A DNA stretch of 64,000 bases from Octopus vulgaris. Its lineage: Eukaryota. Position numbers and translations under genes: made by a program. Below, piece by piece: positions 55,335-64,000 of this stretch. A model generated the notes under the pieces. It saw nothing but the letters and a program-made list of their open reading frames with translations, ran no database searches and was not told where the DNA came from. The DNA is taken from assembly GCA_951406725.2 (NCBI GenBank), contig OX597819.1:20708001-20772000 (forward strand), written 5' to 3'. Within the stretch, counting starts at the first letter, position 1. Every line of letters begins with the position of its first letter.

Positions 55335-55472
55335 ACATGAAATGGCTTATTGACTCCTGCACTATTAAAGTCAAAGTTAAGCTCGGTGGACTTTGAACTC
55401 AGAACGGGGTGACGAGCGAGATGCCACTAATCATTTCGTCCAGCAGGCGAACGCTTTGTGCCAGATCGCCGC
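55335..55472 (-). mobile_element. SINE family C, diverged copy
   Basis: tttgaactcagaacg, catttcgtcc.gc, tgccag.tcgccgcc. Confidence 0.75.
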
Positions 55473-56006
55473 CTAATTATTAATAATAATATAATGATTG
55501 TATTTAATTACTTATATAGTCAATTCTACCATAATTCATGTTTGGAAATTATTTGGATACAAATAATGCTTATAAAATATTTACTTCTTAATTATATCAC
55601 TAATATTCCCTTCAGTTTATCTTTACGTCGGCAATTTTTATTTAACAAAGACTCTCTTACACCTGATGACGTAGCTAAATGACTGCATTGCTTTGAACGA
55701 ATTTTTTTTTCGTAATCTGCATTACTACAGACATGTGCGTAATTTATTTATTATTAAGCAAGATAAGATTTTTGCCAACCAGCTTTGTCCTACTTTTACG
55801 ATTTTTGTTATTGTTAAATAAAATTTCAAGACATTTATCTGTCATTTATGATTTTATATGCATATATATACATACTTACTCACACACATACACAGACACA
55901 CACACAAACACACATATACACACACATATATATATATATATACATATATGTGTATATGTTTGTATGCATGTATCTGTGTGGTGGTTGTGTGTATTATGTG
56001 TGTGTG

Positions 56007-56038
<32 letters not shown>

Positions 56039-57784
56039 CTTCTCTCAATTATTCCCGTTATAATATACTGTAGTGTACATCACAACTATAACAGACACCT
56101 GATAATCATTCTATCAAATTTTCTTGGAACATATCCCAATTCCCATCACAAAACACGCACATATTAATGAGAAAACGAAAATAACAGGTTTACAAATAAT
56201 AAGATGCTCAATAGAGTGCTTTTCATTGATGAAGGGACTAGAATCAAACTTCTCAGTGTCTAACAAAGCTGTAATGGCGAATGCGCACATTGTAATTTAT
56301 TCATTGAATAAAATAATTAAGAAACTGGGTCTAAGAGAAAGTGATGATCAACCAATTTCATAAAATTCAACTCCAATTACGCCTCGGGAACATCCAACTT
56401 CATTAAAAATTCTTATAAAAGCTCAAAATGATTTCACCCATGTAAACGCAGTCGATATGAACGTCAATATGTAAAATGTTAAACAATGAATTTGTAAGAA
56501 TTTAAAGCATAGATAGTCAAGATCTGGTTAATAATTGCGTGCATCATAAAACACATGAGTAATAGTAGTAGACTGTATATAACTATTAATAGAGTAAATC
56601 CACAAAATCTGAGATAGAATGCCTCAAGTGACAATAGAAAATGCGACGGTTAAATCTAGAATACAGGTCCGAACCAGTAACCTTATAATATATTTCTTGC
56701 AAAGCAGTTATCAAAAAGGTGGCATCTATATAAAAAGAAAATTCATAGCTTTCAATTTTGAATACAGTTTTGGACTTGTGTTTCCTTCAGATATGCAAAA
56801 TCAATAGGGAAATTTAAAATCTTAAAAGGTGAATTGTTCACACGATCACGAATGTATAATTAAATAACCTTAACACTAAAACAATCCTTGCAGTCCCGGT
56901 ATCCACAAATAATCGCCCCAACAATGTCAAGTTTCTCGAAAGAGAGATGTAATGAAAATCGGGGCAATTCTAAAATTCAAAAAGCTAGGTGTAGTGATAT
57001 CAGAAAATCGGACTTTCTTCTCAACACATCTTCAAAATATTTTCAAAGGCTATGCGTCGAGTTACTCGTTCCTTCTCACAGTATGAAGGGAGAGGAAGAT
57101 CAAGGGAGAAAGATATATAGTGAAAGGGCTAGAGCTCCAAAATATGAAATACTGTTCAGAAAATTTAATCGAATTTTCAAAACTTTTGAGGAAGCTGTAA
57201 CTTTTCCGATATATAGAATCAACAACAATCGGTACATGAACACGCTAACTTATATGAGTAACCTCTAAATATTTCCCAAATTAGATTTATATGCTGGAAC
57301 ATAATACACACATATATAAATATATAGTTCTAGCAGTTCTACAAAGCATTTGGTCATATCTCAAAAGGATTAAGAATGACCTCGGCTAAAGAGATAAAAC
57401 GGAATAATAAAAGAAAACAAACAACGGATGGTAGTAAAGTTTAACTAGTGGGCTGTATCACAAAATCGGAATATTTATCACAGCAACAAGATGTCTACCC
57501 GTTAGACATTATTTAAGCAAATAGTTGTTGTTCGTCTCATATTATCCTCCCCGCTGTCTTCAATCATAGAAAACATATCTTTGATTCTGTTTTCATCTTC
57601 GTCAACCTTCAGGCAATTCATTTATTATTCTCAAGACGAAAGACTATTTTGGCAAAGATAAACAGAAAAAAAGTGGAATTAATTTAAACACACAAACATA
57701 CACACACAAACTGACATATATATGCACAGAAATATATATTCACACATACATATATATGAGCACTTCAACACATGTTTTTACACT

Positions 57785-57839
<55 letters not shown>

Positions 57840-58329
57840 CACACAACAAACAAAAAAGACATGCGCATGCGCACACTCACGCACACGCTGATGTATGTGT
57901 GAAGATTTAAGTTTTGATTATGTCAACAATAATGTTTATGCGAGTCGTGTGTGTTTTTTTTATATATTCATGTGTGGTGTGTGAATGTATGTACGTATAC
58001 AAACACACACACATACACACACGCATATACAAACACACACACACACACATATATATACACACACACATATATATATATGTACATGATTATGTTAATATAT
58101 TTATATGTGAACGTATGAATATGTGCCAGGTATGTGTGTAATATCATTCATGGACATGTATAATGAATCATAAATAAAGAGAAATAGGCAAATACAGATT
58201 TATTCATATAGGAACACATACGCAAACACGCTACGTCTGTATCTCTTCTAAAATAATGTTCAATTTGCATAACCATTTAACAGATAAATATATGTCAATG
58301 TTGGATAGTTCGGCTAATGCACATGTAGG

Positions 58330-58367
<38 letters not shown>

Positions 58368-58399
58368 TATGTATGTATATATAGGTATATATATGTATA

Positions 58400-58466
<67 letters not shown>

Positions 58467-58731
58467 AATCCAAGCATGAACAAGCAAGAAAAAACAACAA
58501 AGCGAGGACGTGGAATATGTTCATGCAAATATAAATGCCTGAGCATATCTAAAAATGTCTATGGATGCCCATGCATGTCTTGGAATGGATATTGATGCTG
58601 TAGTCATGATTAAAACAATATCATACATATATGTAATAAGCATATAAACGAATACAAAGATGCGCAATGGGGGCACACATATTAATGAATACACATACAC
58701 ACACACGTACATAGATAATTGCATACAGAAA

Positions 58732-58749
<18 letters not shown>

Positions 58750-58767
<18 letters not shown>

Positions 58768-59065
58768 ATGGGCGGAGGAACTCTTGAGAGTCAACGACCA
58801 TCCAATAAATGTCTTAAGGCTGTATCATGTGCGGGGACATAGAAATAATCGGACTGAATACCCGATCGCACAGTTAAACCATTGAGAGTGAAGGACTCCT
58901 AGCCTTTGTTAGGGCATCCTTCTAGGAGAAGGTAACTCAGGTAACTGGAATAACTCCGACATAAAACCTGCGGCTCAGTGTTTACCGATGATGCTGACTT
59001 GTTCTTCTTTTCGGATTATGGCTGCTGTTGCTTAGTGAGTGGGATTGACTCAGTGCACAGCTTTT
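58750..59065 (+). mobile_element. Probable 5' UTR of an RTE-type LINE or an RTE-derived SINE
   Basis: GC-richer island next to (TA)n with gggcatccttctaggagaaggtaactc...aaacctgcggctc, which resembles RTE 5' UTR motifs as I recall them. Single copy here. Confidence 0.4.
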
Positions 59066-59089
59066 TTAATTTTAATTTTTTTAAAATTT

Positions 59090-59370
59090 ATTTTATCTAG
59101 TTTCAGTTCACGAGCTGTGGCCATGCTGGGGCACCGCCATTTGGTGTTGCTACATGATTTTACTTCACGAATGCTTTTTAGCAATTGCCATTTGGTGCAT
59201 GAGAGAGTTCGATGCAGCTGCCCTCATCTGCACCTCCTGCCGTGAAGTTGGTTCATCTGGGACACCTGACAGGAAGAGATCCAGTTTTATTTTAAAGACA
59301 TCTGCGTCCACCCCATGCAGGTCTCTCAGGTTCTTCGGGAGGATATTGAAGAGCTATCTGAAGGATATCT
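59090..59370 (-). mobile_element. 3' end of a CR1-like LINE (ORF2 C-terminus plus tail)
   Basis: The minus strand encodes LFNILPKNLRDLHGVDADVFKIKLDLFLSGVPDEPTSRQEVQMRAAASNSLMHQ, followed by the tail ggcggtgccccagcatggccacagctcgtgaactgaaactagataaaataaa. Confidence 0.85.
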
Positions 59371-59537
59371 GAAACCTTTCCTCACTTTAAAAATAAATCT
59401 TATTGCACAGGCATTGCACGATAACAACATTGATTAAGTCTCGTGCAATGGCCATACTCGATAACGAGGGGGCAGCCAACATATATATATATATATATAT
59501 ATATAATCAAAATAACCAACAAGGATGTCCAAAGGTA

Positions 59538-59627
59538 ATGAAGTACGATCGTTTCATGCGACTCCATTTAATTAACTAATGCAAGTATTACATCAGTTTT
59601 AAAACGTAGAACAATCTTCAGCTGCAT
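59538..59627 (-). ncRNA. Hammerhead-like motif with a long insertion in domain II
   Basis: AUGCAG-CUGAAGA-[~65 nt]-GAA-ACGAUCGU-A-CUUCAU. It has the same core and helix III as 16426-16476. Helix I has one mismatch and the helix II base is poorly paired. Confidence 0.55.
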
Positions 59628-59892
59628 ATAAATATTGAATTTAGTTAAATTGAAAATATTGAAAAGATTCATTTATATGCTTATTCCATTTACCAACATC
59701 ACAAAGAGGGTTAATAGGTAGACAGAGAAACACGTTTCATCAACAGAAATATGGTAGTAATGAATATTTTTTCATGGAGATACGGCTCTCTGGGGGGTCA
59801 ATTCCTCACTTGAAAACACACTCAAGCGAAAATGTGTGCAATTAAAAGTCGAAAAAGGGATTGGCTGCGGAGCCGATGCTACATCACGTCAA

Positions 59893-59945
59893 TCTATAGA
59901 TAGGTAGATAGATAGACAGACAGACATACAGATAGACAGACAGAG

Positions 59946-60031
<86 letters not shown>

Positions 60032-60032
60032 G

Positions 60033-60131
<99 letters not shown>

Positions 60132-60134
60132 GAT
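59893..60134. repeat. (GATA)n/(GACA)n microsatellite; a second pure (GATA)n lies at 60570-60778
   Basis: Directly visible. Confidence 0.97.
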
Positions 60135-60137
60135 AAC

Positions 60138-60390
60138 TTTATTTTTTGGCCACACAGGGCTGAACACAGAGGTGACAAATACAAATATAGAGCTTTTATT
60201 TTCGAAATTGAAAACGTAAAAGGGGAAAAAAATTGTGAAAAAAAACGTAATATTCCGATCAAAAGGGATCGGGAAATAAAAAGACGATCAAAGGGTATCG
60301 TGTATCACAGAAAAACTTTTTAAATGTAAAAAGCAAGATTAGGTTTATCCGTGGAAAGAAAAGCCTACGAAAAAGGCCACGGTAACCTCA
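60138..60390 (-). mobile_element. Probable LINE 3' UTR sharing its tail with SINE family C
   Basis: The minus-strand end tttgtcacctctgtgttcagccctgtgtggccaaaaaataaa resembles the SINE C tail tttgtcccctctatgtttagccccttgtgggcaataaagaaata. The upstream part is unrelated to the SINE. Confidence 0.5.
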
Positions 60391-60569
60391 AGCAGGGATG
60401 GAATAAACAGATGCTAGCAAAGTGCTCTGAATCTCTCTCTCTCTCTCCGATTTACAGGATCACACTCAAAGTGGTATCGTCACTCGCACCACCATCTTTG
60501 CAACATTCACCCACTATTTTTCCATCTTTCACGAGACAAAACCTACCTCTCCATTCTCACATTTCTTGC

Positions 60570-60778
<209 letters not shown>

Positions 60779-61269
60779 CTCTCTATATATAAAAGCGTCG
60801 TAGTAAGAATGATTGACACAAGATACTTATCTCCACTGCTTTCCATTGTGATATTAGTAGTGCTTCTTAGTGGCTGCAACTTTCTTTTTAAGAATTAATT
60901 ATCGCATAATGTCGACACAATCTAGCCTCCTGCTGTCCAATTATTCAGTGCAACTTTTCGTGTATGAACTCATATCTGCCGTTATGTTCCGATATGATGT
61001 CGGGCATATATATTATAACTGAACAGACTTTCGTAATTACAGTGAATTCACCGTCAATATTTTTTCTATATGATCAGCATTGCTTTTACACACAGTGTGT
61101 GATCCAAAGGTAACATCTCTGCTAGAGATCAAAGATTTGAGGAAGCCATACGAAATATTTACTTCTAAATAACTTATCGTTATTTTCCTTACTTTTGCTT
61201 TTGAAATGTTTAATCAGCAAAATCCTTAAAGTATAGTGATAGGAATTTCCGATTATAATTTGTTTGTGT

Positions 61270-61441
61270 TTGTTTTTTCTCTCCTTGTTTCTGTCCTTGT
61301 TTTTTTTTTCTGCGTATCTTTCTGTCGAAGAGCATAGGCTCGAAACGTAAAAGACTTTCTATTCCTGATTGCTATACTAATACATCTGTTTGTTTGTACA
61401 CCACCTGCCTTCGTCTTTTGTTTATTTTCATAAACTCTCCC

Positions 61442-61445
<4 letters not shown>
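61270..61445 (+). mobile_element. pLTR-like repeat with a hammerhead variant at 61317-61354
   Basis: UCUUU-CUGUCGA-A-GAGC-auag-GCUC-GAA-ACGU-A-AAAGA. It ends at (TA)n and is homologous to 4340-4460. Confidence 0.75.
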
Positions 61446-61480
<35 letters not shown>

Positions 61481-62328
61481 GTTTAATGTGTCTAAGTTCG
61501 GAATGAATCAATTTAGCGCAGCTGTTCGGACGTAGTCTGACACAGTTGACTTGACATTCAACTTGTTTTGACGACTGTTGTCTTTGGCGCTGGAGGCTCG
61601 CACGCACGTACAAACACAAATAAGCGCGCACACACGTACATGGACACATACAACTGTACAAAAAGCACAAACAAGCGTACACACACACATACACGAAGAT
61701 ACTCTCGTGCAGACAGAAATGTATGTGTAGAGATACAAAAAGTAAGAAAGGGTTAGAGAGATGGGGAGAGAGTGAATAGGGATTACAATTCATTCATTTA
61801 ATGATTGCACTATAAATAAAGAGAAATACTCACACACAGTAACAGAGAAAGGGAGAGATTAGGAGAGAGGGAGAGAAGAGGAAAAATATTCCAACGCTTG
61901 ACATCTGATCGGCAGCGCCAGTTTGGCGGCGCCACAACAGCTGTAGCCAAACATCTCATACCCATGGGAGTTTTCTCCATGCTCTTCTTATTGTAGATAA
62001 CGTCACATGCAGCTGTTGTCGGTGAGGTGGTCGCTGTATTGTTGTTTTGCAGTGTTTTTGTTCTTGATCTCATTAGCCATACACCAGTGTTTATAAGGGC
62101 AACCTTTTAAGCGAAAGGTTTTCAGAATAGTTCATGTTTGTTCTTAACTGGACCCATTGACCTGAAACCGTTTACAATAGGACATGGTATTATTTCAGGG
62201 TTATTTAGGTGTTGCAATTTGAGCTTTTTTGCGCCCACCAAATGGACAGTCCCATATATCTGAATGTTTCAGCTCTTTGAACATATACCACTTTCCTTTT
62301 AGAAATTTCTACATAAATTTCTACTCCA

Positions 62329-62740
62329 GGCGCAGGAGTGGCTGTGCGATAAGTAGCTTGCTAACCAACCACATGGTTCCGGGTTCAGTCCCACTGCGTG
62401 GCATCTTGGGCAAGTGTCTTCTGCTATAGCCCCGGGCCGACCAATGCCTTGTGAGTGGATTTGGTAGACGGAAACTGAAAGAAGCCTGTCGTATATATGT
62501 ATATGTATATATATATATGTATGTATATGTGTTTGTGTGTCTGTGTTTGTCCCCCTAGCATTGCTTGAGAACCGATGCTGGTGTGTTTACGTCCTCGTCA
62601 CTTAGCGGTTCGGCAAAAGTGACCGATAGAATAAGTACTGGGCTTACAAAGAATAAGTCCCGGGGTCGATTTGCTCGACTAAAGGCGGTGCTCCAGCATG
62701 GCCGCAGTCAAATGACTGAAACAAGTAAAAGAGTAAAAGA
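62329..62740 (+). mobile_element. SINE family A, full-length reference copy (tRNA-like head, internal TA/TG microsatellite, CR1-like tail)
   Basis: Head ggcgcaggagtggctgtg..taagtagcttgc..ccgggttcagtccc and tail ggcggtgctccagcatggccgcagtcaaatgactgaaacaagtaaaagagtaaaaga. About ten homologous fragments occur in the window. Confidence 0.93.
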
Positions 62741-63044
62741 TTAAAGAGTAGATGTTTATGTTAATATCAAAATTTGTGGAAGATTTAAACTGTCATACAT
62801 TATCTGGAACCTGTTTCGAGATAATTAGCCTGGTTAATTCTTAATCTCTGCGGTTTCAATTAGCCATACGTATCCAGGGCATTTACGCACTCATATAATT
62901 TACACATTTTGGTCATGAACGATGAGTCACGGGAATAATATGCGACTTCACGATGAAGAGAATGCAGTATGTGTGCGTATGTGTGCCTGTCTTCATACGC
63001 ATATGCCCGGAGAGGCATAAGCGGTGGGGCCGAAATTATGCATT

Positions 63045-63082
<38 letters not shown>

Positions 63083-63420
63083 GCATTAAATGTAAGAACA
63101 AGCAAGTTGGGCAAGACAATATGCAACAAATATTAAATGCATTTCATACAAAAATGTATAAAAAAAAGTCCGACTTATACAGAATAAAAATGAGTTTTGT
63201 TATCAAATGTATTTAATTATTGTTGCCTACCGATTTGCCTTACAGTTTCTCCACTACCTGTTTCTAATCCATCCATCTATCTAACTATCTATCTGTCTAT
63301 CTATCTATCTGTCTTTCTATCTATATGTCCAGCTAGCTATATGTCTAGCTAGCTAGTTAGCTACCTATCTTTATATCAATATATGTGTGTGTGTGCTTGT
63401 GTGAGTGTGTATGTGTGTGT

Positions 63421-63457
<37 letters not shown>

Positions 63458-64000
63458 TCTCTCTTTCTCTTTCTCTCTCTTTCAGTCTCTTTGTTTATAA
63501 ATGTTTATGTACAGAAAATAAAATATTACTAAGTCTCCGTTTTATCGTCTAATGCGAATTAAGCAAATAATTAAAGCTGACTTGAATTTGCGAAACAATT
63601 CAATGAAAATCCAAGCAAAATAAAGGAAAGACCCAAGAAAGAAAGGAATGTGTGGCTTAAAGAAAGGAAGTTTCAAAAGAACGTCTGTATTTGCCAACAC
63701 CTTATATTAATGACTTCTTCCATCTTCACGCTACAAAACAACCTTACAGTTACAGAAGCAGCTTTGGTTGTTTTCCATTACAATTTGCATATAATTTTTT
63801 TTCTGAGAAAAAAAAAATATTATATATACGACAAAGTATTATTTTTGAAGATAAAGAATAGCACAAGAAAAAAAAAATCTTCAGCTAAAATAATTATAAC
63901 TACAGATGTAAACATTGATCTGGCTTCTCATATCTATGTTACGTATAGTTGGAAAATTTGATCTAGCAGTCTATTCTCTATTTTCAGTTACTGATAGTCA

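Noticed and set aside
55663-55700. CTGATGA hammerhead start (similarly at 17487 and the CTGAAGA at 20041)
   Set aside because: No closing helix II with GAAA and NUH follows.
60780-60900. Helitron-like 5' end TCTCTATATATAAAAG (and a CTAG-type end at ~2038-2041)
   Set aside because: The matching opposite terminus and hairpin could not be identified.

Overview
AT-rich, microsatellite-dense eukaryotic (animal) non-coding DNA. The SINE, LINE and microsatellite repertoire resembles an octopod cephalopod genome, which is an inference. No intact host protein-coding gene is supported, and nearly all tracked ORFs are (TA)n/(CA)n/(GATA)n/(ATT)n artefacts. The window contains decayed RTE, CR1-like and R4/Dong-like LINE fragments, mariner transposase remnants, non-autonomous Helitrons, three tRNA-derived SINE families, a 107-bp minisatellite and several long inverted repeats. 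The most notable signal is a set of type-I minimal hammerhead ribozyme (HHR) motifs from several unrelated repeat families. One is fully canonical (16426-16476, minus). One has a compensatory G3-C8 core swap (47030-47080). A two-copy family carries U at core position 6 (61317-61354 and 4424-4460). An inverted pair flanks a Penelope GIY-YIG endonuclease remnant that also carries a tRNA-like Pol III promoter (16587-17321). Most of these motifs run 3' into (TA)n tracts. All structures were folded by eye and none is tested for activity. Repeat boundaries are approximate.
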